The notes under the pieces are model-generated. The model saw only the letters and a program-made list of their open reading frames with translations, was not told the DNA's origin and did no database searches. DNA of 63,985 nt, counting the filler, from Hyphochytrium catenoides (lineage: Eukaryota > Protista > Hyphochytriomycota): the NCBI GenBank assembly GCA_900088475.1. It is 15 parts of 15 records of this genome, joined end to end, with 100 filler letters (N's around TTAATTAATTAA, not from the genome) between each part and the next. Parts side by side here need not be neighbours in the genome. Positions count along the whole stretch, not along the records: positions 39,173 to 52,715 come from FLMG01003796.1; positions 52,816 to 55,187 come from FLMG01003043.1; positions 55,288 to 57,868 come from FLMG01004755.1; positions 57,969 to 60,627 come from FLMG01002108.1; positions 60,728 to 62,199 come from FLMG01004377.1; 10 more parts are not named here. One strand, given 5' to 3'. Below are positions 50,007 to 62,158 of this stretch, one piece after another (within the stretch, counting starts at the first letter, position 1; each line of letters opens with the position of its first letter). Position numbers and translations under genes: made by a program.

Positions 50007-50335
50007 GACGAAGCTATGCTCTGCTGCCAAGTTATAATATTTCGTTCGCTCTTAGTAGGAGGGCTAATGAGTCCCGTAGCTGCCCTACGTAAGAGCTTAC
50101 CTCTAATCTTCTCTAGGATATCTTCAGTGACCTGTCTTCCTCTTCTATCACCGAAAGAATGAAGTCAACCTTTTAGAAAACGACGAAGCTATGCTATGCT
50201 GCCAAGCTGATTGAGGATTCTCTCGGTCTTAGTAGAAGGGTTAATGAGAGCCATCGAGCTGCCCTGCGTAAGAGCTTTACCTCTTATCTTCGTCTCTATA
50301 TCATCAGTGAGCTGTCTTCCCTTCCCATCAGCGAG
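50007..50335. repeat. Diverged tandem duplication, about 175-bp unit, possibly a duplicated minus-strand exon plus intron
   Basis: Both units start GACGAAGCTATGCT and share TCTTAGTAG…GCTGCCCT(A/G)CGTAAGAGCTT…CTGTCTTCC. Minus-strand peptides DGKGRQLTDDIETKIRG and DRRGRQVTEDILEKIRG each end at a GTAA donor-like site. Confidence 0.7.
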
Positions 50336-50607
50336 AGGATAACGTCGACCACTAAATAAAAAAAGCTGGGTAGTTATTTTACTTCTTATTACATCGTAAA
50401 GATAGGTGACTGACTGGTGAGAAAGGCCAAGAAAGAATGAAACGCAGCGAGAAGCTGGATATGAAAGAGCGGAACGCCTCGCTATCTTCTTCCTCTCTCT
50501 CTCTCGCTCCTGCTTCTGCTTTGGTCCTCCCTGCTCTCGCAGCAATCTCTCTTCTTTCCCCTCCTTCGCATGCAGCGAGAAGAGGCAGAAGAAGATTCTC
50601 AAACTTC

Positions 50608-51498
50608 TTAGTAGTACGGCACCACGTAGAAGTTAACCATGTGGTCTATCTTGTTGCCTGACTCTGGATCTTTAGGTGCTGGGAAGTTCAGGTCGACCTC
50701 CACCACTCTGAAGCCCGTCAAATGATAAGCCGAGCCCCAATGAGTGAACGGCTCTGGCGTCGTCTGCGGCTTAGGGATAGGCACATCGTCGTTGCGGTTG
50801 ACGAAGCGGAACTTGACGATGTCTTCCATGATGCCAGAGACAGAGGAAGAGGGAGAAGGATCTTTCACGAAGAGAGACTGTGGCTCGCCGTAGGTGTAAA
50901 GCTGCAGGAACGGAGACTTGGCCTGGCGAAGGCGAGAGAGGTCATACTTCTTTTCTCCTCCTTCAAAGTCAAGAGAGGCGTCCTTTGCGAAGTGAATGGC
51001 AGCCAAAGAGGCAAGAGCAGCGCCTCTAGAATGTCCTGCGATGAAGAGCTTCTTGTCCTGTCCTTCCTGCAGACACTTTCGCACTTCAGTCAAGAAGGAA
51101 GGCTGGCTACGGAACACATTGTACGCGCCAGTGAATCCACTATGAGTGAACGCCATGACTGATCCATCAGCCGCCGTGAATGACGTCAAAGTGCGGTTCT
51201 TATTGCCGGTGACACCTTCCCAATCGCCTGGATTGTCCGAGCCTCTGAAGACGAGCGCGCAAACGTCTCCTTGAGCCGCAAGATAGCCAAAGTCAATGTC
51301 AAAGGTGAACTTTTCCCTAAGTTTATATCCGCGGCCGAAGACGAGTCCAACGTAGACTTCCATGGAGAGAAGAGAAAGATCGTAGGCCATTGTCCGGTTG
51401 TAGGCGGCAGCAGCGGAGCTTGAGGTGGGGAAGAAAGAGAGAGAAGAGAGAAGAGAGAGAGAGAGAAAAGAAAGCAAAGCGCGAGTATTGAGAACCAT
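50608..51498 (-). CDS. Secreted class 3 lipase (alpha/beta hydrolase), 296 aa, intronless
   Basis: Signal peptide; LVFRGS, HSGF, nucleophile elbow AGHSRGAALA, YTYGEP, RFVNRNDDVP, terminal DHM..Y. Confidence 0.92.
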   Translation of the reverse strand: MVLNTRALLSFLSLSLLSSLSFFPTSSSAAAAYNRTMAYDLSLLSMEVYVGLVFGRGYKLREKFTFDIDFGYLAAQGDVCALVFRGSDNPGDWEGVTGNKNRTLTSFTAADGSVMAFTHSGFTGAYNVFRSQPSFLTEVRKCLQEGQDKKLFIAGHSRGAALASLAAIHFAKDASLDFEGGEKKYDLSRLRQAKSPFLQLYTYGEPQSLFVKDPSPSSSVSGIMEDIVKFRFVNRNDDVPIPKPQTTPEPFTHWGSAYHLTGFRVVEVDLNFPAPKDPESGNKIDHMVNFYVVPYY

Positions 51499-52163
51499 GA
51501 TTCTTCCTTTCCTGACACACAGAGAGAGAGAGAGAGACGTGGGTGACCAAACTTAGTCGGTTGCTGTGCTGCTGGTGTTGACTTGAGTCTCTTCCGGGAA
51601 GAGAGAGAATGATTGAGACTTCGAAAGAGACCCGACACCCGCCACGGCCGGCGGAGGGGAGAGAGAGAGAGAGAGAGACTGTATGGCCTCTTATCACGTT
51701 CAAGTTTGGAAGATGAAAGAAGAGATTCAAGAGAAGAAAGAGGCGCGATAAGAAGAAGGAAGAAATGGGGGAGTAGACCAGAAGAAGAACGGAGACGACG
51801 GGAGAGGTTGACCAGAAGACGAGAGACGGAGCAGCAAGAAAAGAAGAGAACCACAACCAAGAGGTCATCCATCGATGGACGATGACGACGACCTTTGGAT
51901 CAAGGAGAGAGAGAGAGAGANNNNNNNNNNNNNNNNNNNNNNNNNNNNNNNNNNNNNNNNNNNGGAGGGTGGTTGATCCACGAGGCAGGAAAGAGGAATA
52001 TTTTGACTTTGACTACTGGCACCACGTGGTCCAGGCTACATAAAAGGACACAAGTACGAGAGACAGAGAAATTGGAAACGAGAGGGACAGAGAGGGACGG
52101 AGAGAGAGAGAGAGAGAGAAAGAAGAGAGCGAGAGCGAGAGCGAGAGCGAGAGCGAGAGCGAG

Positions 52164-52214
<51 letters not shown>

Positions 52215-52816
52215 GCATAGACAACGTAAATGCGAGGAAAGATTGCAAAGAAGAAGAAAGCAGAGCTTTATGAGCATCGAGCATCTGCTTCTTCAAGTCA
52301 GCAAAAGGGAGGACATGTGCGCCCTGCCCTGTCAAGTCATCAACAACATCATGGAGGAAAGCTTAGTAGAAGGTGACGAAGGAGGGGAAAGAGAGAGAGA
52401 GAGGAAGGCACGGGAAAGAGAGCCAGAGTCGGGGGAGACAGAGAGAGAAGGGAGCATCGCCACGACCGTATCTATGTCGCGCAGTCATTTATAAACTTGG
52501 ATCGGAGGGGAAGAGGGAGTCATGGGGCGGAAAGGGGATGCTGGGTCAGGGCGGAAGAAGAGAGAAAAGAAAGACGTCTTTCTTCTTGTAGGAAGATACG
52601 TAAGATGCACTAAACCTTGAATGCTCTGCATCTTAGGGATGTGACGATGGAATCAGACAAACGAACGAACGACAGGAGAAGTGAAAGAACTGTATGAGAG
52701 AGAGAGAGAGAGGAGNNNNNNNNNNNNNNNNNNNNNNNNNNNNNNNNNNNNNNNNNNNNTTAATTAATTAANNNNNNNNNNNNNNNNNNNNNNNNNNNNN
52801 NNNNNNNNNNNNNNNG

Positions 52817-53483
52817 GAGCACCACAAGTACCAAGGAGAGGACGAGATCGATGTCGATATCCCGACGGTGCTGGAGGGAAATGTCATAACCAATGTCCTC
52901 TTCAAGCTCTTCTTTGTCATTCTTCAACCTTTCTTTTATGCCATCCGTCCGCTCATCGTTGCCCCAAAGAAGACTTCGAAGTGGGAGGTGATCAACTTTG
53001 CTGTGGTCGCCACGTTCGTGACCGCTGTCTACCTTGCCTTTGGAGGCAAGCCTGTCTTCTACTTCGTTGCGGGCTCGTTGCTGGGTGCGTAGCATGACAG
53101 ATTTGACCTGTATCTCTTTGACTAATTTTCTTACATACTCTCGCACTACAGGCGCCGGCTTCCATCCTTGCGCTGGTCACTTCATCGCCGAGCACTACGT
53201 CTACACAGCTGACCAGGAAACGTATTCCTATTATGGACCTCTGAACTGGGTGACTTTCAACGTGGGCTATCACAATGAGCACCACGACTTCCCTAATGTA
53301 CCAGGTTTCCGTCTTCCTCTGGTGAAGAAGCTCGCTCCGGAGTACTATGACGATCTGCCATGCTATAACTCCTACCTCTATGTTATGGCGAAGTACATCT
53401 TTGACCCGACAATTGGCCCTTTCAGCAGGGTGAAGCGGGCAACCCTGACTGCAGAGGAGAAAGAGGCAGTAAGGAGACAGTGA
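52817..53483 (+). CDS. DES1: Sphingolipid delta(4)-desaturase (DES1/DEGS family), 3' part. Exons 52817-53084, 53152-53483
   Basis: EHHKYQG…[57 protein letters not shown]; one 67-nt GT-AG intron. Confidence 0.96.
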
Positions 53484-54030
53484 GATTCGGGCAGGCCATT
53501 CTGTTTCTATAGTATCTTTCTCTGGGTGGACACTCTATTATCTTGCTGATAGAGCTCATTTCTCCTCTAATAAGCTAGCAGTCCGTCTCGCTCAGGCCTT
53601 TCCTGGTCTAACTCTACACTCATCAATAAAAAAAAAAAGTCTGGACTTTTCATTGATGAACATGGAATTTGAGAAAGAGTTGCTACACTTCCACGTGGGA
53701 CACGGGGTGGCCATCTACTTGACGACAGAATCTCTCGTAGGTACCAAGAGCGATATGCTCCCGCTGTTGGCACAGTGGCGACGTCTGTGGGATATAGAAA
53801 GACTCTGGAAGTAGGGAAATGGTAAGAGTTTTAAGAAAGCAAGTCTTCGTAACGCGCCTTTTTAGATAATATGTGGAGTTTTATCTACGGCTCTATTGGC
53901 GGCTTCTGTTGGCTATCTTGCACTACGTGCTATAAAGCCAGAACTCCTACGGTAAAGAATGAAAGCTCAACTAGTGACAGCTAATGTACGTTGGCTTCCA
54001 TTTTCTAGTCGTCTACATGGAGGTCTGATG

Positions 54031-55187
54031 CTACAGTGAGGGTATTCCTTTGCTGAGCGGTCTCACCAGCTTCTCCTCCACCTCCTTGATGACCTTATCT
54101 TGAAGCTCTTGGAGCTCTTGATAGCCCCACCGCTCCACCTAAGATAGCAGACGTGACCCGCGTCAATTCCGTCTCCGAGGTGTCAAGTAAAACATCAAAA
54201 AAACAGAAGAAAAGAGAATGATGGCAAAGCTTCGACCTCCGTTGAGAATGCATGACAAAAGATATGACAAAGGTGATTCCGAGAGAGACAGGCGTGGAGG
54301 GCCAAGCACTCAGAGCATATAAGGCTCAGAGCATATAAGGCCTAAGGAACAAACCTCATAAAGCAGGGGATCTTCAGATTCTCCCTTCTCTCCCGACATG
54401 GCCTCCAGCACTGCCAGCCCACAGAAAGGGACATAAATAGCAGAGTAGCCCCCTTCATGAAAGAAAACAATTCGACCCTCGCAAAGCTTCTCCGCTAGCG
54501 TGACCATCTCTGCCGCATATTCTCTAAAGGTGCCTGAGGAGGCCATCATGGCGCTTAGCGGATCCGCGTAGCTAGCGTCAAATCCTGACGAGACCTGTGC
54601 AAGTCGACAGTGAATTTTTTAAGTAAGAACACTGGGCAGAAAAAAAGTAAGCCTGAACGGGCACAAGATGACCGCTAGTAGAGGTTGAAAGACCGTACTA
54701 ATGAGCAATGTTTCGAGGAAGAAAGGCTCTTGCCCGCCCCGCCGCCCCCAATGAGTGCAAAGGCGGATGAATGGATATACCTCAAGCTGGATGTGATCCA
54801 ACGCTAGATAAGAGTCATGCAAGCGTCAGAGTCATTTTTTCCAACCCTTAAACCTACCAGGACAAATTCAGGCTTGAAAGCCTCTAAAGCCGGCTTCACG
54901 ATGCGTTGAAGCGTCGCTGAGTATGCTCCTGAAGGGGTGTTAAGTGCGCTTCAGAAGCATGTGGATGCGTAAAGTACATGGCTAAGTATCAAATCTCCTT
55001 TGACTGTCTGATTGTCCACCCGCCGCATTGACCTATCCTAACGGTTCCTTTCTTTCTCATGCCTACAAACTGGTACTCTGTCGTACTTCCCCCCTAAGTA
55101 CATGAAGCCATTCCTCTGACTATTATTGTCCGGGAGTGCGGTTATCTTACCGATCCCGCTCCCTGGCGGAAGGGGCACATTAATATT
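54031..55187 (-). CDS. Class II HDAC-like deacetylase (bacterial HDAH / plant HDA8-like), 3' part. Exons 55187-55151, 54928-54858, 54594-54355, 54138-54031
   Basis: NINVPLPPGSG|..AY…PALEAFKPEFVL|VSSGFDASYADPL…CEGRIVFFHEGGYSAIYVPFCGLAVLEAMSG. Confidence 0.93.
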
Positions 55188-58100
55188 NNNNNNNNNNNNN
55201 NNNNNNNNNNNNNNNNNNNNNNNNNNNNNNNTTAATTAATTAANNNNNNNNNNNNNNNNNNNNNNNNNNNNNNNNNNNNNNNNNNNNATCACTCCTTTTG
55301 CGGGGCATATCTCTGATGTTGGCACCTTCTTCCTTTTCTTCGCTTACTGTACAGTACTGCAGTGTATCAAAGGCATCACATTTGACTCTTTCTTCTCTAC
55401 CTTGTTATGCCTTGTTTGTCATACATAGATCATGATGATGACGGTGCTTGCAGGTTGTTCCAGAGAGTTTGCTAATAACAAGAGGATAACCTTCGTGGTT
55501 TGTTAATTAGCCTGGTCGCCTAGAACAACGGAAGCCTCCTGCCCTCCTTCTGTGAGGAGCTTTGGTGTCAAGCTTAAGACTCCATCTGTGCCCCTCATTT
55601 GCCGCTGTTACTGCAGGGAAGAAGAAGAAGAGTAATCATTATAGTGGGGCCATTGTGGGAGATCACCAATTCAGTAGGAGGAGGTAAAGGAGGGAGGAGG
55701 CATAGAGGAGGTCTCATGCTGAGTTAACGCAGAAAGTGTATGTATCTGTTACCTTAGATAAGAAGAAATCGTGAACAGTACGATGACCGCAAAGTAAGAA
55801 GTGTTGCTGTTCATGTTGTCCTGTCCTTACTCATCGTTGAATTCAATAATGTGACGAGAACAGGCGCATAAATCAAGGTAAACAAGCTTTGTTAATTCAG
55901 GTAGGAACTAGTAAAAACCTTCTTCTCCTTGTATTATTATTAGAGCTTGACGGCATTACGGTGGCTGTCCACGACGGCGTTATTAAAAAGTATAGTAGGG
56001 GAACGGAAGTACTACATGCTATTCCTACCGACAGCCAGCAGTAGCATTCACAAGGAAAAAATACTGGAAGGAGTAGTAAAAGTAGAAATGGAAGGAGGAA
56101 AACATAGAGACGCATATCAATATAGAGAATTGGTAAAAATAACGAGCTGCACATGAGCCACGGCTTAGGCGCCCGTTGTCTTGTTCCACATATAATTAGA
56201 TGCCATGCTTCTTTTTGACATAAGGTGCCACCTGCTTGTCTCCTGACATGGTGCTCCCATCTACATTAAACTATTGTTTTATTCGCCTGCGTTAGCCGGC
56301 CCGAAGAAAGAAGAAGGAAGAACAGATACATTGTCACTCCTCCTGCCACAAGCAGCAGCAGGAACGGCACCACACTAATGTAAAAGGACACGGAAGAAGA
56401 AGCTGGAGGAGAGCTCGTCGTGCCTTCTCCTGGATCAGCGGTAACAAGGTAAAGAATGCTATTAGATCAACAGCCATCGTTGGGTCTATTTATTGCTGCT
56501 TCAAACATAATAATTCTTTGAAAAAGAATGCGTACTTACCATGCAAGGATAATAAAGCTCTACGAAGAAGAATAAGCTGGAAAATGGTTGGCGTCCTATC
56601 ATCAGATGCTGAAGCCGCCGCAGCTGAAGGTGGTATGTTACTCCTATCTACTGCTACGACGCGTCGATGATATAATATAATTGAGGATAAGGTCCTTTGA
56701 AGTACATTAGATTATAGGTAAGGGGAGCCCTAGACAGCATCATACCCTAGTAATAGGCTCAAACGACAGGAAAACGGAGAAGAGCGATAAGTGGAGAGAA
56801 GAGAGATCAGATACGGGACGGCGCACCACAGAGAGCCTAGCTTAGGACATGATGATCCAACCCAGCACCACTGCCTCGCTTTAAGCAGGGATAGTGGCAG
56901 GCAACAAGGGGGCAGGGCTCCCCAAGGGGGCGGTGTCAATGTAACCTCACTGGAGGCCTCACCACCCATACAACCATCAATAAAAGAAAATAATTGAGGA
57001 AGTTGGTCATCGTTTTTCTCCTCTATTATATATGATTCAGGGACTTCCTCCTTCTTGTACTCAGCGGCTGACGTCTCTCCCCGGGCATTATACTCTGGCT
57101 CTAATGCACCAGCAGCAGCTTCGCAAGTATCGTTAGAAGAAGCAGCGGAGGCTCCCATCATTCAGATTTGAAGGCTGAGATCTACTACTATTACTCTTGC
57201 TGGCTGGCTAGGTGAAGAAGAACTAAGATCTTAATGATGATGATGATCTTTTTGATCAGAGACACTTCGTCTCTACTAGTAGATAGACCTGGAACTTTTG
57301 AGCTGTTGGTTCCCTAGTGGTGCTGCTAATGATATTTATGTTACTAACAAGCGCGACAACCTCGTCGTTCCTATTAGTAGTGATTAGCGCCAATTTGCCC
57401 TCCTGGCAACGGGAGAGGCCATCCGCGATGTGATTGATGCGAGAGGGAGATGGACAACCCCCAGCAGCCTGGCAGCAGCCGCAGCAGCCATTGCATTCAA
57501 TGGAAAGGGGAAGCGACCTGCTGTGGCCCAAGGAGGAGGAGACATCATGATGGCTCGTAGGTAATGTAATATTTATATTGTTGATGAAAGATAACAACAA
57601 AGCAGACTGTCTCAGTCACACTCACTCTCCACTAGCCGCTAACGACCTTCTAGCTCCCAGTCCACTTTGTGTCAAGTGGGAAGTGTGGCACATCTAGGAT
57701 CAACAAAGAGTCAAGGACGCTTCCTCTGATCAGCTTACAGATTGTGCCAGATGCAGCTCTACTACTATGTAAGGCACCTCCTCATGACTTCCGCAGCGGT
57801 CATCGGGAGCTGGTCTTCAGACACTCCAGGCATATCTCTCGCCACAAAACCTAGTGAGCCTTCGCCGTNNNNNNNNNNNNNNNNNNNNNNNNNNNNNNNN
57901 NNNNNNNNNNNNTTAATTAATTAANNNNNNNNNNNNNNNNNNNNNNNNNNNNNNNNNNNNNNNNNNNNTCATATTCATTAATAGATTTTCCCCTTAGACC
58001 ACAGTCCCATTCCTTACAGCATTCGTCCTGGTGATCTCTTGTCGTTGCCTCTAAGTACAATCTCCCTTGGTGTCTCTATCGCTTGGGGGTGATAAGTAAT

Positions 58101-59399
58101 CTGTTTCCTGTTGCATGTTTCACTCGTTCTGGAACGCCCCTCCCTGTCCCACTTGCATTGCTTCTTAGGGTTGTAACACTTGCTCTTTTTGTTGTCTTCC
58201 TTGTCTGCACTTTTTAGGTGGTTCTCTCAGCTTGATCTCCTTCCGTCTTGGCTCACTCTTACTCGGCTTTTTCCATTAAATACGGGTGAAAGGCCCGATT
58301 CCATCTCCTTCATTTCGCCCTCTTGGCTACCCTCCCTTGTCGTAGATAATGGCTCGCCATTCTCCGCTTTTTCGTAAGCTTTCCTACATCTGACTACTAC
58401 CTTGAGCTTCGCTTTCTCTTCTTGCTTTTTATTCCTTAGCCTGTTTTGCTCTCCTAGCTTAGGATACTCTTAAACCTTATTCGTCCATCTTTCCTTTTCA
58501 CGCAGCTACTTTGGGGATCATAAGTAATGAACAAAAACATTATCCCTCGTCCCTCCGAACTCAGTGTCTCTTTTTACTTGAGTCTCTCCGTACCTTCTCT
58601 TCTTTCTCTTTTATGCTCTCTGTCTCGTCGAACTTCATTCATGCTTTCCTTCCTCCTTTCCGTCCGCTTGCTCCTACTGGACATTTGGTACCTGTTGCCC
58701 TGACTTTCTTTACCTCCGCCGTCTTCCTCTTTGCGCTCTCATTCATATGATATTCTTGCCATACTACTACTCCTCGAATACGTTGTATAGTGTGAGCCAT
58801 CAATAGGTAGCTCGGGTACCTCTTTCCCTCGCTGCTTTTGACCTTAATTTTTCGAATATCGAGCTCACTAGCGTCTGCCAATCATCTCGTGAGTGTATGT
58901 CCCCTAATATCCCGGACATTCATCTGCCTCTAAAATCATCCTACTATATATAGATAACGGGCAATGCGTTCTCTTGTTGCTTCTGACTTAGTACTTCCAG
59001 AGAAGGCAAGGAGATAACAAAAGGATAGAAGGAAGCATAAACAAAAGAAAGAAGCACGCTACGAAGTCTTGGTCTGTCTAACCCCCGGTCCACCATCAAG
59101 ACCGGAAAGGAGCCATCATAGCTGCTGCTTTCCTCAGCAATCACAATCGGAGAGAGAGGAGGAGAAGAAAGGGCACACAAGACCATCATAACTCTCGGGT
59201 AGGTGAGCAAGAAGAGAAAGGATACTGTTGAAGAGAATGCTTTAACACATAGTATCAGCGCATTTCTTCTGGCACGCGGTGGCTGACCTGCCACTGAACG
59301 CTTAGCTTTGGGGTCAATTACCTCAGCTCGCTTCTGGGTGCTGCGGCACTTGGTGCTGACGCCTCAGCGGACAGCTGGGTTGGTCTTGCATCATAGAGT

Positions 59400-60627
59400 A
59401 GGGTAAGTCATCAATGCTGGTACATAATACTAGGCTGGCCTATGCCTGAAACCGATCTGGCACCTATTCCGGCAAACTAGTATGCCTAAGCAGTAGGTTG
59501 AGGCTGCTGGCATCTAGACTGACAGCAAAGCTGGCGCTGCTTAAGGACTATGGTCAGTCACGAATGCTTAGCCTGGGACCAAGCTACCGCGGTAAATCGG
59601 GCTGCCACTGGGACTGACATCTAGGTTGACATCTAGGTAGGCAATTAGATTAGGCGAAATATCCGGGGGATATTAGGATTTTCTGCATGCCGCCGTTAGA
59701 GGATGAGGCTGACCTCGCTCCTCAGTCTAAGATATGCTCGGTCAGCCTCAGCCTTTGGCGCCTGCCCAGAACCTAGACACAGTGGCAACAGAGAGGGGAG
59801 GTACAGCTGACTACGCCCGTGCAGCGCAGTAGAAACAGTTAGTCAACTAAGCAGCTTGACGTTTTCGCTGCATACTGCAGAGGATATGGTTCCAACGTTC
59901 TTAGAATCAACGACCTACGGCTTTGGGACTGCGCCGGCAGACCATGCAGAGATAGTACCAGGACAGAGGCAGTCCCTATCGATTTACTCGGCGGCAAAAC
60001 GACGACTAGATCGGGAGAGGGTCTCAACGTCGCTTACGGAGTTCAGGACACTCTCTTCTGTGCCCTGTCAAAGCGCACTGTCTTCTGAAGGTGTTTCACT
60101 CGGCCTGGGGTCATCGGCGACGAGCGGGAGGTTAGCGATAGGACCGCCCGGGATCAAATTTCTTTTGGCTGAGTGCTCGTTGAGAGGTAGCGTTGGACTT
60201 GTGCTCTTCGTAAGAGATTGATGAATGAATTAATTGATCAAAGTGACCAAGTGCTCATCAAGCTCTTGTCTGGTGATTCTTCTAGAGCTAACTAGCTAAA
60301 GTACGTAAGTCGCTAACTTACGAAAGAAACTACTGAGCTACTTCCTATATCAAAGTTCTACGATGAAAGAGCAACACATTCAAAAAAGATAGAAGTAGAA
60401 GGGAATGAGAGAGAAAGACCTCAGAAGGGACACGAAGGAAGAAAGGCTTTCAAGAGCTTCAATCCTTGTGTCCAGTGAGAAGTTCAGAGCGCCATCAGAA
60501 CTTCCATCTGCAAAGTCTAACGCAGATAACCAGCACGGTCTACTTATATGAGCGGTGCGATGCTTAGCATCCACCGTGCCAATGGTCCCTAGGCACCGGT
60601 ACGGGTAGTTCTACGTGTAGTTCTACA
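59400..60627. pseudogene. Heavily mutated, formerly coding-like DNA; strand ambiguous
   Basis: The + frame from 60221 reads MNELIDQSDQVLIKLLSGDSSRAN*LKYVSR*LTKETTELLPISKFYDERATHSKKIEVEGNE…, with many CTA/GTA/ATA codons and mostly TAG/TAA stops. Confidence 0.35.
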
Positions 60628-61269
60628 NNNNNNNNNNNNNNNNNNNNNNNNNNNNNNNNNNNNNNNNNNNNTTAATTAATTAANNNNNNNNNNNNNNNNN
60701 NNNNNNNNNNNNNNNNNNNNNNNNNNNACTACTAGAGGCAGATGCAGGGCGGATAGAGAGAGGAAAAGACTGCAGAGGGCCAAGCTACTCAATGAGTACA
60801 GGAGTAGCCGGTCGAAACGTCGCAACTCGACTCGTCATGGTTCACGACGAAGAACCGACCCTAGCACCTACCAACAGATGGAAGAGAGAGGTCGCCCGGC
60901 AGCAAAGGACAATATTTGAAGAGATAAGAAATCGTCACCATCTGAACAAACAACCAGACACCCATTCTACATCTGCTGCGCATCTATTCTTGCTACTCAA
61001 TCAGCCGCCGCCGCAAGGGAGTCCACCGAACCACGACTACGAGGGCGTTAAATTTTAATCAATATGATCACCGGGAACGTATGCGGTACTTGTAGCAGAG
61101 GAGGAGAGAGGAGATGATAGGATAGGATGATGGAGTCAAGCAGACCGAGCTCGTGGAGTAAAAAGAGAAAGAGCTGCCCAAGTCGTCTGTGCTGTAGAAT
61201 AGCTGTGCTGCAGCAGGATATGGCTTTGTTCCGCTTGTATGGGAAACGTTTGGTGGTGCAACGGAGGAA

Positions 61270-62158
61270 GTCCATAGCACTCTACGTCACTGGATCCGGG
61301 CGATACAAGATAGATGTGGAGGGGGAGTTTCTTTGTCTTCCCTTTTCAATTCTATCTATGGCAGAATATCTGTTCATATCCAGCGGTCCAATGCGCAGAT
61401 GGCCTCCTCTGCACGTCTTCCTCTCCCACGAGCCCTCCAGGCCTCCAGGAAGTAATCCTGCAGCAGGTTCCTGGAGCAATCCTTGGCGGGTTCCTTTAGG
61501 GAGAATAGTAGTTGTAGTAGGTCTCTAGGAGTAGTAAGCAGTAAGTAGTTCATAGTTCCAGATAGCTACAGTAGTCAGTTACTGTTTTTCATTTTCCCTC
61601 AGTGAGTTCTATAGCTGTTCTCTTCTAAAGTCAGGAATAAAGGACAAGTCGTACGAAGGATGAAGATGAGAGGGCACGCGACGAACACAATTACAAGTAG
61701 GAGATTTTGAAATTTGCAAGATCCGGGTTACTTAGTTTCTTTCATACTGGTACGACACTGATAGAACTACTGAAACTACTCGCAGGTCGTCTGCCCCTTG
61801 CAGTACTCTTTATAATAAAATCCTTCACTACTTCCTACTTGTACAAAATCGAAATTGCGAAGTCCTACAAGTAGTAGTTAGTTCTACAGAAGTCCTCTAA
61901 CCAAACGCAGTGTGCTGGGTACAAGTACTTGTACAAGTAAAACAAGTCCGGCGCCTTTCCCAGAACTCCTCCCGGAGAACTTAAAACAAAGGTTTTCGCG
62001 CCAATAAGATAAAGAATTCCCGCGCTTCCTGGAGGTGGAAGGATGACAGAGGAGGAGAGTTGAAGGTGCGTGCGTAGGACAGGAGAGGAGCCAACCCACG
62101 CAGCAGGACCTTTCCTCTCGCCACTGCCCCTATCCGTTATGTAATCTCTGGCGGACAA
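61270..62158 (-). pseudogene. Decayed ORF of unknown family
   Basis: The frame of ORF 61865-62158 continues …NYYL*DFAISILYK*EVVKDFIIKS… and a downstream segment reads LLTTPRDLLQLLFSLKEPAKDCSRNLLQDYFLEAWRARG…. Very TAG/CTA-rich. Confidence 0.35.

Noticed and set aside
8500-62158. Alternative genetic code (TAG or TAA read as Gln)
   Set aside because: The conserved exons I translated have no in-frame TAG/TAA, and intact genes end at TAA (PRPS-like, channel, lipase), TAG (HDAC, mucin 2) and TGA (DES1).
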